From assembly GCF_009914755.1 (NCBI RefSeq), contig NC_060935.1: 64,000 nucleotides of DNA. One strand, given 5' to 3'. The DNA is from the human T2T-CHM13v2.0 reference genome, Homo sapiens. A program made the translations under genes and the position numbers. Positions 29,354-45,026 of the stretch are shown piece by piece (position 1 is the first letter of the stretch; each line of letters opens with the position of its first letter). The notes under the pieces were generated by a model, which saw only the letters and a program-made list of their open reading frames with translations, was not told the DNA's origin and searched no databases.

Positions 29354-29740
29354 TGATATTGTTTGGCTCTCTGTCCCCACCCAAATCTCATGTCAAATTG
29401 TAATTCCCAATGTTGGGGGAGGGACCTGGTGGGAGGTGATTGGATCATGGGGTGGATTTCCCCCTTGCTGTTATCATGATAGTGAGTGAGTTCTCACCAG
29501 ATCTGATGTTTAAAAGTGTGGCACTTCCCACTTAGCTCTCTCTCTCTCTCTCTCTCCTGCTGCCTGTGAAGATGTGCTTGCTTCCCCTTTGCCCTTCTGC
29601 TATGACTGTAAGTTTCCTGAGGTCTCCCAGCTAGGCTTCCTGTACTGCCTGTGGAACTGTGAGTCAATTAGACCTCTTTTCTTCGTAAATTATCCAGTCT
29701 AAGGCAGTTTTTTACAGCCATGTGAGAACTGACTAATACA
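29354..29740 (+). mobile_element. MSTA-like MaLR solo LTR
   Basis: tgatattgtttggctctctgtccccacccaaatctcatg...gtgagaactgactaataca. Confidence 0.92.
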
Positions 29741-30417
29741 ACATCCTCACCAATTCTTGATACTCTAACAGTTATATCATTATGTTTTAAATTTGCATTT
29801 CCCTGATAACTAGTAAAGATTAACACCTTTTTAGACATACATTGACTATTTGGAAATTCTTTTTTTGTCATGTTTCTCAATGTCTTGTATTTTACTGTGA
29901 GATTTCCTGACTTTTAGAAAAATTGATTTGTAGGCACTTTAAATATTTTCTAGATATGAACCCCTTTTCAGTTATATGTGTTGCTAACATCTTCTCCCAG
30001 ACTATATCTTGCCAACACCTTTTGATGAAGAAAAAGCTCATAATTTTTATATAACCCAACCTACTAATCTTTTCTTTTATGGTTAGTGCTTTTTGTGTTC
30101 TTATTTAAGAAATATTTTTCTACCCATGAATATATTATCTTATGTAATTTTCTAGAAGGTTTATTATTTCGATTTTTTACATTTATATCTAGAAAGAAGC
30201 TGGAGTTTATTTTTATATATGCTGTGAGGTAGGAATCAGATTTCACTTTTTCAATATGGCTAGCTAATTGGAGCAATTGAATCTGTATTATCTATTTTAA
30301 GAACCATTCTTCCCTCATTGCTCTTTATGGCCATCTGTGTCACAAGTCATATCTATATGTCTATATATCTATACCTATATCCATGTCTATAGATGTCTGT
30401 TTCTGGATTCTCTGTTA

Positions 30418-30620
30418 CAGGGATAGGCAAACTAAATCCTGCTGCCTGGTTTAATAAATTAAGTTTTATTGAAACACAGCCATGCCCATTCATTTGTGTA
30501 TTGTGTATGGGTACTTTCATGCCACAGCAGCACTTGAGTTCTTGTGACAGAGACCAGTTGACCTGCAAAACCTAAAGTATTCAGTATCTGGCCTTTTTGA
30601 GAGAAGGTTTATGACCCTTG
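30418..30620. mobile_element. MER58A hAT-Charlie DNA transposon
   Basis: cagggataggcaaact...ttttattgaaacacagccatgcccattcatt...tatctggcctttt...tgacccttg. Confidence 0.85.
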
Positions 30621-31057
30621 AATTCTGTTCCTTTTTCTTTTTAAAAAATTATACTTGCACTGATGCTATACTGTCTTCATTGCTGTAGCTTTACAATCAA
30701 TCTTGATTTTTGGTAGAGCAAGCATTTCAATATTGTTCTTCAGGATTGTCTGGGCTAGTTTGGGGTCTTTGTATTTCCATACAAATTCTATTCAGATATA
30801 TTTTGATTATAAAATTTTTTTTTACAAATCACATAATTTTAGCAACTTGTTTTATAAATGACTTAATATGTAGTGGAAATCTTTCCATAATATTAAATAT
30901 TCTTCTACAATATTATTTTTAATGGCTTCATAATATTCAATTATGCAGACAAACTATAATTTATTCAATCAAATAAATTGCTTGTTGTGTCTTTCCTATT
31001 TTCTTATCACCCCATTAAACTGTAAATTGCTTCTTTAGATTGTTCATACTCTTACAC

Positions 31058-31530
31058 TAAGTAATTCCATTTAAGGGAATTAAACCAAAATAAATTATCT
31101 TAAATGGGAAAAAAAGCATGAAGATGTTGATCATAGCATTGTTTATAATCACGAAAAACCGGAAATGGCAATTCACTGACACTTGGTGAATGGTTATGGC
31201 ACTTTTGCTTATTGGAATATATAAAAATGCTTAAAACCATGATCAAGGAGACTGGGAAATTATTATGGAATGTTTTATGCAAAAAAATGTGTGTACTCTT
31301 GCAAAGGCAGCTATACTCACCACTGTACCACCAATGCCACATGGTGTGTACTCTTTATTTATGAGTATTAAAATATAGCCCTTAGGAAAAGATCTAGAAT
31401 GATCTAGACCAAATCTAAGTTGGTTAATACTAGGGAGTGGCATTTGTGGGGGAGGGAAAGGTATAGTACTACATTCCCTTTTGTGTCGCTTGAATATTTC
31501 ATAGAACTTATGTTATCTTATAATAAAAAC
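31058..31530 (+). mobile_element. L1ME-like 3' fragment hosting the tRNA fragment
   Basis: aattccatttaagggaatt...aagatgttgatcatagcattgtttataat...ggaatat. Confidence 0.6.
31298..31337 (-). pseudogene. Tailless 5'-half tRNA-Gly(TCC) retropseudogene
   Basis: Minus strand GCATTGGTGGTACAGTGGTGAGTATAGCTGCCTTTGCAAG vs recalled tRNA-Gly-TCC GCGTTGGTGGTATAGTGGTGAGCATAGCTGCCTTCCAAG (31/34 identical up to the anticodon loop); perfect 12-bp TSD gtgtgtactctt at 31289-31300 and 31344-31355. Confidence 0.88.
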
Positions 31531-32354
31531 ATTTGACAATCACTTTCAAAAATAGACTGTATGATGCATGAAATGATAAAATAGCAATGTCCTAGGGGAA
31601 AGATAAGCCTTCTGTAAAAAGCAATCCCAGAGACTTAGTGTTAAGCAAGTCTGTAAACAGAGGCTAAGATTTAAAACAAGACTAACATCCCAACTTGGCA
31701 GATGAATACAGCACAAGAGCATGGAACTCACAGAGGACAACCCCAGTTTGACCAGATTTATTCCCTTAGTCACACTGGATACGGTGATTCCCAGCTCCTT
31801 AGTGAAGATGAACTGGAGACTCTGGGTCCTTAGAGGCTGTTGAGTATGATCACAATAAACTGCTTGTGATTCTTATTTTTGAGTGTGAGTACAAGGTAAT
31901 CCTGGAAGAGACTGAATATCATCCTTGAAAATGCATAACATGGGACTGTCCTGTGGGCATCTTGTGGAGACCATAGAAATAAATCACAATCTGGTGGGTG
32001 GGGTGGGATTTTTCTCTGAAAAGGGTAAAAGCCCCAAAAGCCAATCATCTTAGATAGTGTTTATAAATTGGTCTTTGGTCCAGTGGAGAGGGGAGCGCAC
32101 CCCCAGCCTGGTGCAGTTGGGCCTAGACGCTGAGGGAGGTCTGAAGAAATGGTGGTGGTGGACATGACCTATCTCTGGCCATAAGGAGGCAGAGGGGATG
32201 GAACAGCAATGTGATATAGTTAGTGTCGGGAGCAGCAGCAATAGCAACGGGGCAGAAAGGCTGCTCTTATGGCAGCTGGCATCCATAGCTGCAGGCAGTG
32301 TTTGCAGAACCAGGCATCTGACCACAAAGGGCTCATGCCCCATTGCCAATGCCA

Positions 32355-32465
32355 TTATAAAAAATACTGATGTCCGGGCCTCACTCCAAACCAGTTCAAT
32401 CAGATGGTTAGGAGTATAGCCCAGGCACCCATTTATTTCCAAACTCTCCAGGTAAGAACCACTGT
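32355..32465. mobile_element. MER5A-like DNA transposon fragment
   Basis: aaaatactgatgtccgggcctcactcc...aatcaga...aactctccaggt...agaaccactg. Confidence 0.65.
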
Positions 32466-32759
32466 TTTAGCATCTATACTTCCCCAACACCCCTGGGTGT
32501 CAGACTCTCATAACTGCATCCAATTTGGATTGTGCTGCCCTGCAGATTAACGGTGGGTAAGAGTTTCATTCTTCAACAAGCCACGGTCCATTAGCCGTGG
32601 CGAGCTGCCAGCCCTTCTCTTCCCTCTTTGCCAGAAAATTAATGAGACCATTTATTGAAAGGAAGAAAACTAACCACTCCATTTTGTAGTGTCATGGGTC
32701 AAACTGTACACATTCTGCTATACTTAAGCTTCCATCAGGAAGGGGTAAAGGGGAAGGAC

Positions 32760-32960
32760 TCTGCTTATGTGCCAGGCACACTTTCCACAGGTTATTTCTC
32801 TTAATCTTCACAAAACACCCTGGAGAGTAGGTAATACCATTAGTTTCTTTTGACAAAAACACTGAGACATAAAATGGCTAAGAAATATGGCCCAAATTAC
32901 ATAGGTAGTATAAGTGGTAGAGTGGGGATTTGAACAAGGTTTATCTAACTCTAGAATTCA
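32760..32960 (-). mobile_element. MIR SINE
   Basis: tatgtgccaggcac...ttaatcttcacaaaacaccctggagagtagg...taagtggtagagtggggatttgaac. Confidence 0.75.
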
Positions 32961-34789
32961 TTTTTTGTCTTTCTCTTTATTATAACCCTTTCGCTCCTTC
33001 AGTTCATTGCTACACATAAAGTATTTAAAATAATGTCTGGCAAATTGCAAGTGCTCAATAAATATTAGCAATTCCTCCTGGGAGCTTACTGTGAGAAGGA
33101 GGGGAGGCATGCAATCTGACCCTAAACTGCAGTAATTAAACTTTGTTGGCAAAAAAATATAGGCTAGAAGTTGGGGCTGGGTGAAGAAAATTTCCCAGCC
33201 TGTGGCTGAAATCCTTAATCCAAGGATGCAATCTTAACCAACTCATTTATACCAAATAAAAGATTGAGATTCAACTTTGCTAAAACAGAATGCATGTACT
33301 GGGTTAAGTTATTAAAAATGCAAAGCAGGTTCTAGAAATTATGAACTCTTCTTTTAAGCAAATTCTTTATCCAGCAAAGGGCAGGAAGGTCTATGAGTTT
33401 CAGGTATCTTGGTGATTTCCACTGATGTTGCCTTCTTGGCAGGCATGTGGGCTCCTTTGCAGTGAAAGGGCAGAAACAGCAGGTGAGGGCCGATGTGAAC
33501 CATGGCAGAGAATGAGAAGTCTACAGAAGAATCATCTCAGAACTGGCCCCTTGTTAAAACAAAGCACAGCCCCTTCCAGGGTGGAGCAGCGTGGCTCTCT
33601 GGTGAGTGAGTGCCTCTCCATCCCTCCTGAATTCTCCTTCCCTTCAGCGACCTCCCACTTGAATCCAGCTGTCACTGCTATCTAATCTCCTGAGGATGCT
33701 ACACATTGTCTTTGAAGACTAGCCTTGCAGAAATGGAAATATCTTTTGAGACAGTCTGACTTCCCAAAGAGACTTTACTAAATAATGAGAATTAGAGAGA
33801 AATTCTAGAAAGTATAAGCAGCATAAAGGACATTCTAAATAATGTTTTACATTTGTTTCTTTTATTCCACCATAAGTGGCTTCTGTCCCCAGAGTGTGGT
33901 TTCACATCATGGGTCCTTCCTCCCCACGTCACACTTGTCAGGTTATTTGTATCACACAAAAACCTGTCTCCTAGACATTCCTGACCCTTCAGGGAAATGA
34001 CCAACTTCCCTTCCAGCATTCCCTTTCATTCTAGCCTGTGGTCTCGGGCACGGCCATGCTCTCCCCGCTCTCCCCCTAAGCTAAGAAAAGGCCCCCAGTG
34101 GTTGATAGACACACACAAAAGAAACTTATTCCTCAGATAAGAATTCTGCTTTCTACTCACAGAGGTAGGCGTTGTCCGTTTGGATTCCAATGGAATAATA
34201 TCTCAAGCACTAAACAATACCTCCTCTATTAGACACACAATAACAGAAATATTATTTTTTAAAATAGAGGAATCATGAGCATAGCAAAGACTTTTTCCTG
34301 ATTCAATTCCTGGTGGTATATAACAAAAAGCTCCCAGTCCCCTTTCCAATAGGCCTTGTTGTAACATTACAAAGTGTCAACTAATAAAGTGGTGGATCCT
34401 TCATTTGTGATTTGCACATTACTTAGAAGATGCAAGTTTTCTGGGATTTTAATCAAGAATTGCAAATTCCTAAAAATGCAGTCTCTGCAAGCAAATATTA
34501 TAGCAGTGGTGCAGACAGGAAGAGCTCTGTATTTGTTCATACTGCAAGTGTACATTTTCATGTGCTTTGTAAACTCAAATAGCAAAGGATCAGCCAATAA
34601 GGTCTATAAGAGAGAGCACCTGCCTAGTTTTGCAAAGTCACACTAGACGGACATCTGCTATGAGGTAATAGTCATGGCCTCTGTGAAATGGTAGCATAAA
34701 GTGACAGGAGAGGATAATCTGACTAAAATACAGTTGAAACAGATGTCAACAAAGATAACTGAGATAAGAATGAATTACAAAGAAGCTAG

Positions 34790-35066
34790 AAATGCAGGAG
34801 ATGGATTAAAATCTTTGGAAGATTTACAAGCAGAAAAGGTGTTGCAGAAAATCAGACCAATAAGGTAGAGAACAAATTGCAGAAGGTCTCCTAGAATTCC
34901 GAGGAAAAATAATGAAGAGATAGAAACAATATAAGAGTAATATGATAGCCATTAAAAGAGAGAAAAGAGGTCTAACCTAAGAATTAGAGATGTTTTTTAT
35001 CAAAACCAAACAATTAGAACAGAAGTAATAATTAAAGATGTACTGGAAACTTTCCTAAGCTAAAAA
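34790..35066 (+). mobile_element. Ancient L1/HAL1 ORF1-like remnant
   Basis: A-rich degenerate stretch with gaggtctaacctaagaattagagatgtt...gaaactttcctaagctaaaa. Confidence 0.45.
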
Positions 35067-35087
35067 TCAAATAGGCCTTTTTTTTTT

Positions 35088-35342
35088 AAAATAAACTTTT
35101 TATTTTGGAATAATTTTAGATTTACAGAAGAGTTGCAAGAATAGAGTTCCTGGATGCCCTTTACCCAGTTTCCTCTATTGTTCATGGTTTACATACCCAC
35201 AATGCATTTGTCAAAGGTAGGAAATTAGCACTGATACACGACAATTAACTAAACTACAGACTTTATTCCGATTTTACCAGTTTTTTCACTAATGTCCTTT
35301 TACTGCTCCAGGATGAGATCTAGGATACCATGTTGCATTTAG
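35088..35342 (-). mobile_element. L1MC/MD-type 3' end
   Basis: ttttagatttacagaagagttgcaa...aactaaactacagactttattccgattttaccagtttt...gttgcatttag. Confidence 0.8.
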
Positions 35343-35372
35343 CCTTTATATTTTTGTAAAAATAGAATTGTA

Positions 35373-35490
35373 GGCTGGGCGCACTGGCTCATGCCTGTAA
35401 TCCCAGCACTTCAGGAGGCCGAGATGGGAGGATCGCTTGAGCCCAGGAGTTTGAGACCAGCTGGGGCAGCATAGCAAGCCCTTGTCTCTA
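35373..35490 (+). mobile_element. FLAM_C-like Alu monomer; its tail continues at ~37718-37739 beyond the nested L1
   Basis: ggctgggcgc...gaggatcgcttgagcccaggagtttgagaccagc...tgtctcta; TSD aaaaatagaattgta (35358-35372) / aaaaatagaatcgca (37740-37754). Confidence 0.88.
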
Positions 35491-35496
35491 TTTTTT

Positions 35497-37725
<2,229 letters not shown>

Positions 37726-38877
37726 CTATTTTTTAATAAAAAAATAGAATCGCAGTGGGAGACAAAAAATTGCTCCTTACATTGCCTCTGTCCCACTCTC
37801 TGCTTTCCTGGTCTCTGATTTTTTCATTCCTCCTGAATTTTCTCCTTGCCCTCAGCTGTGATGCACACCATGACCTCAGAACACCTATTGATAATGACTT
37901 TATTCTTCATACACTCTGTACTGCCTCAAGGGCCTTGGGTAATGTCCATTCCATTCCCAGGACCCTCTCACCCTGTGCTGCCTCCTCAGGGGGCACCATC
38001 GCCCCAGCTTCCCCTGGCTTCTGGTCAAAAAAGAGTCATCATTAATTTCTCCACTAGGATGCATTCTGACTGAAAAGACAATTTTAGTCTAGAGAAGTCA
38101 AAAGAAAAATGAAAATCAAAAACATTCCTCTTCACACACAACTCAATATGTCTCTCTCTTTTTTCTTGATAAATGTTAGACCCTTTGAGAATGTCATTAT
38201 TTCAGTTTCACAAAAGAAAAAAACATTTAATGACTGGATTTGGGGGATGGGGTGGTTCTCTGCCGGGTACTGTCCTGTGAGTTCCCTGCAGCCTAGGATC
38301 TGACCCTCAGCCTTGCAGGGTGAGGAACTTAAACCCATCAGCTTTCCAGAGGTGATCACACTTAAGGAATGCCCATGCATACTTGAAAAATCTCTGATAA
38401 ATGTGAATGAAATCAAACAACAATTTATTTATAATGAGCAACACAACTGAAAAATCTGGCAGATGTGTCATTGGATGGGCCTACCCAGCCAGCCCCAACA
38501 GGAGCCACATTATCAGATGGGTTCTTGGTGAGTACAGAAGCAGAACAAGGGAGTTATGGAATTGAAAGCTGAATGACATCGGGCCCTGAAAAATGGATGC
38601 TTCCATTTCCCCAGTAAAGGAAGGCCTATCCAGAGAAATAGGACATTACACAGCCTGTCTGGGCACTTCTCCTCTGGGGATGATTTAGGCAGCACTTCTT
38701 TCCTTTGTGCTTCTAAGGCTGACCAATGCTCATGCATGCACTCTATAGATGTGACCATATTTTTCTTCAATTATTGTCCAGCTCTGGGAGCCATTCTGGG
38801 TCTTTAAGATGATGGTGGTTCTGATCAATTATATACGGATCGGAATTTTAACCCCCAAAGAACTCACTTCCAAGTCC

Positions 38878-38963
38878 TGTGTGTGTGTGCACGAGTGTGT
38901 GTGTGTGCATGAGTGTGTGTGTGTGTGTGTGCATGAGCATGTGTGTGCATGAGTGTGTGTGTG
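38878..38963. repeat. Imperfect (TG)n microsatellite
   Basis: Direct reading of the sequence. Confidence 0.95.
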
Positions 38964-39069
38964 TATTGGGGAGGGTTACTGTCAAGTATGTGGTCTACAT
39001 TCCCTTGAATGCAGCTATTCCTGACCCCAGGAAAGTCAGGAGGACCTAAAATAGAAGAGCGAGCACAAC

Positions 39070-39388
39070 AAGTGCCCATGAAATGCCCGGCCTGTGCCAG
39101 GCAATAGACATACAGCAACAAACCAGACAGACCTGGTCCCTGTCCTCCTGGAGCCTAGAGTCTGGTGGGGACACTGCTGTTCATAAAATAGCCACATAGA
39201 TTACAGTAAGAGACTTCAACAAGTACTGTGAAGGAAAAGGAGAGGGAACAGCTTAATAAGAAACCTGCTCTAGTGCTGGAGGGCAGGGAGGGTTTTCTTG
39301 AGAGAGTGACACTTGAGTTGATATTTAAAGCTTAAGTAAAAATTAACTAGAGAAAGTGAGGAGGACAGAGGGCTGGACATTTCCAGAC
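39070..39388 (-). mobile_element. L2 fragment
   Basis: ggtccctgtcctcctggagcctagagtctggtgggg...gtgacacttgagttgatattt. Confidence 0.7.
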
Positions 39389-40224
39389 CTGCTCTCTGCT
39401 TTTCTCTGCCCTGCTCTCTGGGCTTGGAGGCTGGCCACCTAGGATTGCATCACTAGCTCCCTGCCCTCTCTGGCTCTTCAGTGGGGAGCCCCAGCTCCCT
39501 AGATATTCAAAGGGAAGGAGGACTGTGAGGGGTGTGCATTCCCTGTCTTCCTCCCTGTGGCATTGCCTCCAATTTGCTGGTTTTTTTTTTTTTTAAGGAA
39601 AAGTCGCTATTCCCGCTGCCTCTCCAGCAGTGCTGCCCTTTCACCTGGAAGAGAGAGCCCCCCGCCCCAACCCCATACGACCCCATGGATACCATGCCTT
39701 GGACTTCCTGTCCTCCGGCCACATCACTGCCCACGGTGTAAGAGCACCCTCCTCCCATGCCGTGCATGGCCATGCATTTTGTGTGCACCTCTCTTCCTGA
39801 ATGTGGACTGCTCCTGCAGGCTCCTCTGCCCTAGGCCTGAGGGGTTGACCAAAGAGTATGTGTTTTTTGTGTGTGGTAGGTTCTGAGGGCAGCACAGGCA
39901 TGAGGCCTGGGATGCCCCCCTGTACCAGTAAGGCCTCCTGAAGTTGCCAGAAAACACAGGGGTGGGAAGAGAAAGGGGTGAGCTAGGAGTCCAGGGCCCA
40001 GATATTTCCCTTCTGCCATGTTCTGGGCAGTCTGAGACTTCCCAATTCCAACTTCATCTTCCAGGTTTTTATAAAGGTATATTTTCCAAGGTCAACAGCT
40101 AGGATATATTTTGTTGAGTGGTTCGTTAGTTTGAGTGATAACTTTTAAATATCTAGACATATGGTTTGGAGGATTTCCAATTGTTCTGTTTTTCTGGGCC
40201 CCACAAATGTGTGGGATGTGCTTG

Positions 40225-40400
40225 CCTTCCAGTAACCACTCTCTCCCTCCTCCCTTTGGGCCCAGAAGCAGGGCACCCCAGGCTAGAGAACGATCCCTTA
40301 CACCCACACCTTTGTAATGACCCTTTGTGAACAGACCCCCCTTGAATTGTTCTATTTTCAGTGGACCATCTGTTTCCTGGCGAGTCCCTGCCTGATTCTG
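40225..40400 (+). mobile_element. ERVL-type LTR 3' end (LTR33-like)
   Basis: ccctttgtgaacagacc...ccatctgtttcctggcgagtccctgcctga. Confidence 0.5.
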
Positions 40401-42272
40401 CAGGTGTTTCAGGCAGAGGGAACAGCATGTGAACGTTCCCTCCCCAAACTCACACACAATTTTTTATTTCACCTTTCAGTTATTCTGTAAGTCATTAGTT
40501 GTGGGAAGCAAGATGAGGAGAGATGCTAAAAGGGGCAGGAGAGCCAAGGGTTATTGTGGCTATTAAGCCAGTGTGTGTGTTTATCTGCAGAGGGAGGGGG
40601 TGCAGTAGCTCAGCTCCTCAGTTCTCTTTCTCTCACTCACAGACCTTCCCCCTACCAAAAGGGAACACCCCCTTAGCCGCCTTGCAGGGCCTGGCTGGCA
40701 GGAGCTCACCCCTGGTGCCTTCAGATGGACCCCGGTGGCTCTCCTTGCCAAAGCAGGTGGAAGGCAGCAACTTCCCTTAATCTCTCAAGCCCTTCCCTCC
40801 AGGAAAACTGGATTCCTGTCCCCTCCTGCCCGCCTCAGGACACTATTCCCCAGTTTTGCTCACCTCCTAAGTTCTCTGGGAAACAAGCAAATGTCCCTCC
40901 CCCTAAGCAGGCTCATGAAGCCAGCTCAGATCAGGGTCATGTACAAAAACCTAGCAAGCATCCCCTGTATTGCAATAAAAATACAATTTTGATTTTATCA
41001 CCCACACCCCTTTTGCAAATTATTCGGTAGGGATAAATTTCCCCCTGCCCTGGATGAAATTGCTAGCAAGCTCACAATTACTCTGCTCACTTTCTCGTAT
41101 TAGGTACTCTTTAAATTGTACATGCACTCTTAATTTATAATAGCAATCAAAATGTTCAGTCCCAAACTCTAATCTTGATTTAGCTTGGTGCCATCTACCC
41201 TATTCTCAGCTTGGGCTGACTTTAGGATGGGAAACTGCAAAGGGAAATGGGATGGGGTGTGCCTGGTGTCCCCATGTCTGCCCCTTGGGCTCCTCCATTG
41301 TCCAACCTCCTCAATTGGGAAAAGGATGGAGTTGGGTGGATGTAGGAAAGGCCTCACCTAAAATGTGGGGTCTCATCTGGCATCAGCATCTCTGGGCCTG
41401 GCATATATTGGAGCTGACTTTTTCTCTTCTGGGTGCTCTCTTAGATTCTCTGGGGTTTTCTACAGGGCCCCCCTTATGTGAATTTCTGTTCACACAGAGA
41501 CATGCATTTTTTATGGGTGGTAAACCCTTGCCCTCCAGTCAGATGGTGGAACCCAAGCTGTCTTTCTTGAGTTCCATAGGAAAGTGTGTTCCATGGGAAA
41601 ATACATATACTTGCCTGGACAATTTCTAGGCATGCAAGAAATCTAAAGGCAGCAGCACCTCCATGACTCTGCTGGGAAAGCGGGTAGTCAGCCTCTTGGT
41701 CTTTCCGTCCTCTGATTCCCCAGGTGTGTCCTCGTGTGTGCGTGCATGCATGCCTACGTTCATGTGTAGGAGAGGCACGTTAAGTTCTCTGGGTAGCCCA
41801 GGGAAGCCCCTGCTTGCCATGTGTATGGTGAGCAGACAGACACCCAGGCACTCACCTCCTACTACGGGGGCAGGATGGGGACAAAGAGCACTACCCAAAC
41901 TTCCCTAAAGAGCCCTTTCTCAAAAATTGCTCCTGGAAAAGAGCAAGTAAGTTCTGGAGATAGAGAATGGTGGCCAACTATTTCTGCTGAAAATGTGCCT
42001 GTGGTGATTTAGGGTCTCACTTTGGAATTTCACATCTATCTCATCTTGGTATCTACTAATTACTTGGACTTGTTGATAATGATCAAAGTCCTTCACTCAA
42101 TCGCAGTTAGGGGAGCTGGGTTCTCATAAATCCCCTTTTCAAATCACTCTAGGACAGCCCAGCTCTTTTCACTGTTAGCTAGATAGGAGAGAAAGGCAAA
42201 CATGTGAAGGCAAGAAGGGAAGTAGCCAAAATACAAGGAAGGACTAGAAGGGTTGGGAAGAGAGGAAATCAG

Positions 42273-42301
<29 letters not shown>
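42273..42301. repeat. (GA)n microsatellite
   Basis: Direct reading of the sequence. Confidence 0.97.
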
Positions 42302-42305
<4 letters not shown>

Positions 42306-42889
42306 AGCAGATTCCCTCAAGTTTGAGAAGAAATACTCCTGACACAGCTGCCTTGCTGGGTGGGGCTTCATTCCTTTGATGACTCTGCTAGATCTCCATT
42401 CCAGCTCCAGGAAGGGGCCTGTATTCCCCTGGTCCAAAAGAATACAACAAGAGAGGAAACTTTTGTGACTCAGGTTCAAGGACCAGGATAGAATCCCAGT
42501 AATGTGAATTAATGGGGGGAAAAAAGACTGAGAATAAATCTACTTGTGGCCACAGTAATGCCCCATGATTGTGCCTGGGTCCAACAGTTCTGTTCCCTTT
42601 ATGAAGCTTACTTCCAAAGGAAGAAAGCATCATTTTGGCATCAGACTTCTCGTCTGTAATACCAGAAGCTAGCGGATGTGAATAACAATCTGTAGGTCAC
42701 TGAGAGAAAAGAATTGAACCCCCAAAATCCTGTACTCAGTCAAGATATATCCTTGCTGATATGCAAGGATTCAGTGAATATCTCACATCCTCCATCTGAG
42801 GAAAATATTCAAAAATCACAGCAAGGATCTCAAGATAGAGAAATGAGCAAGGACCCTTATAATCTATAGTTGAATCTAAATGGATTAAT

Positions 42890-43635
42890 TATTCATTTTA
42901 CAGGTATCTATTTTGCACCTAGAGCCAGGCACAATTCTATGCACTAGGTGGCAAACAAGGCAGACAACTGCTGTCATGGGATGTACATTCTAGTGGAGGG
43001 AGACAAAAAATGGGTAGACAAAAAGACATATGATTTAAAGTAAAAATAAGTTCAATGAGGAAAACTAACCAGGGTAAGGGGATAGGGAGGGAAGAACTAG
43101 TGGGGGTAGGCTGCTATTTTAGAGAGAGTGGTTTGGCTTTTAGGGGAGGAGGAAATTGAACAGAGACCTAAATGAAGTAAAGAAATAAGCCCTACAGGCA
43201 TTTGGCGGATGAGAGCTCCAAACAGGGAAGCACCAATGCCAAAGCCTAGAAGGGAAACAAGCTTGGTGTAAGAACCTGAGAAACAGCAAGAATGACACGG
43301 ATTGAGGGGCATAGTGGGAGATGAGTCAGAGAGGCAGTCCGCACACTACCAGGAACAGCCTTACAGACACTGGTAAGGGGCTTCACCATCATGCTAAAAG
43401 CAAAGCAAAGCCATTAGAAAGTTTTGATCAGAGCAGCAACATGATGTGTTTGGGTTTTTTTAAAGAGCATTCTGGCTCCTGTATGGAGAATAGATGCAGG
43501 AATACCAGTCAGGAGGCTACTGCAGCAGTCAAGGAAAAAGAAGGTTAGTGATTTTTATGGGTGATTGATATGGGACTGGTAGAAGTGGTGAGAAGTGAGT
43601 GGATTTCCATGTTCTACACTAAAGGAAGAGCCATT
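42890..43635 (-). mobile_element. L2 3' region
   Basis: gcacctagagccaggcacaattct...tacattctagtggagggagac...aagccattagaaagttttgatcag...aggaggctactgcagcagtc. Confidence 0.8.
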
Positions 43636-44049
43636 TGTGTTAAATTATTTACATGGACATGCATAAAAAGTTGTATAAAAGGATAGACAACATGTTATTC
43701 GTGGTTAATATGCAATGAGATTTGAGGTGATTAAGTTTCCACCTTATACATTTATATATTGTTTAAAATTTTCCAATGAGCATGTCATCTATATAAACAA
43801 AAAATTAATAAAGCTATAGTTATTGTGGATAACAAAAAAAGATGAGAAAAAAGAAATATAAGTTGAGATACAAAGACTGCCTCCAAGATTGTCCCTGAAT
43901 CCCTGGTTCTATTATCTTCATGTTTCCATCTTTTCTTTGGCTGTCAGGAAGCTCAGAGCTAAATTGCCAACTCCCCTTTAGTAATTATGTAGTAGTCCTG
44001 GGTCTTGTACACCTGTGTTTTAATTTTTCAGCTGAATCCTGTCTAAGGG

Positions 44050-44437
44050 AGTGTTGGAGACCAGATTCTCTGGGTCATCAGACTCTGAGATAGAGATCTG
44101 TGTGCAGAAAAGTCACTGGAGTGTACTGTCAGTGGTAAGACCTGTGGGGGAGGAAAAGAAGCAGAATTGGGCAGATTTAGAAGGTAAACTCTAATGCAAT
44201 CACAGTCAAAGGGCTGGGCTGATTCTTGGAGAGCTCCAAATCTTGGATGGCCCTTCAGAGTTTTCTGGAATAGGGTAGGGGGCTGGGCCCTACATCGATC
44301 TATCATTGAATGGGTAGTGTAATTCTTTTGAGGCAAGGGACTGAACTGTCAGCAGCTGCCACTCTCCTGAGCTGAGAGAATAAGTGTTTCAGTCCTGGAC
44401 ATGCTGGTTCTGGGCAGCACACCACAGCATCTACTAC
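44050..44437 (-). mobile_element. LTR16-like ERVL LTR
   Basis: cagactctgagatagagat...aagcagaattgggcaga...gggcagcacaccacagcatctactaca. Confidence 0.7.
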
Positions 44438-44469
44438 AGAGAGGAGCCTAATTTCAGGGTAAAGCTCTT

Positions 44470-44690
44470 ACACTCCAGACTCTGGCTCCTGGGTTTAAAT
44501 TCTGGCTCAACTGCTTGTTGGCTGAATGACTTTTCAGCAAGTTCCTTAATTTCATTTATGAAATAGTGATAATGATCTTGTCTAGCTCAAGTTTTTTTTG
44601 CAACAACTTATTGAGTCAATCCATGTAAAGCATTTACACCAGTAGCACACACATAGGAAACACTCAATAAATGTTAGCTATTAAAATTAT
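44470..44690 (+). mobile_element. MIR SINE
   Basis: cctgggtttaaattctggctc...catgtaaagcattta...ctcaataaatgttagctatt. Confidence 0.75.
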
Positions 44691-44724
44691 GCTAGTTCCT
44701 GTATTTCCTGGTGCAAACTTTTAA

Positions 44725-45026
<302 letters not shown>

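Larger units (their letters stand above)
28725..30800 (-). mobile_element. Old L1M (L1ME/MD-like) 3' region, interrupted by an MST LTR and MER58A
   Basis: tttccagtttgaagctgttatgaataatgtagctgtgaacattcttgtacatg; tttgcatttccctgataactagt; ttatggttagtgctttttgtgttc. Confidence 0.8.

Noticed and set aside
37980-37998. CTCF-like motif cctcctcagggggcacc
   Set aside because: Mismatches in the 5' core; a motif alone is insufficient
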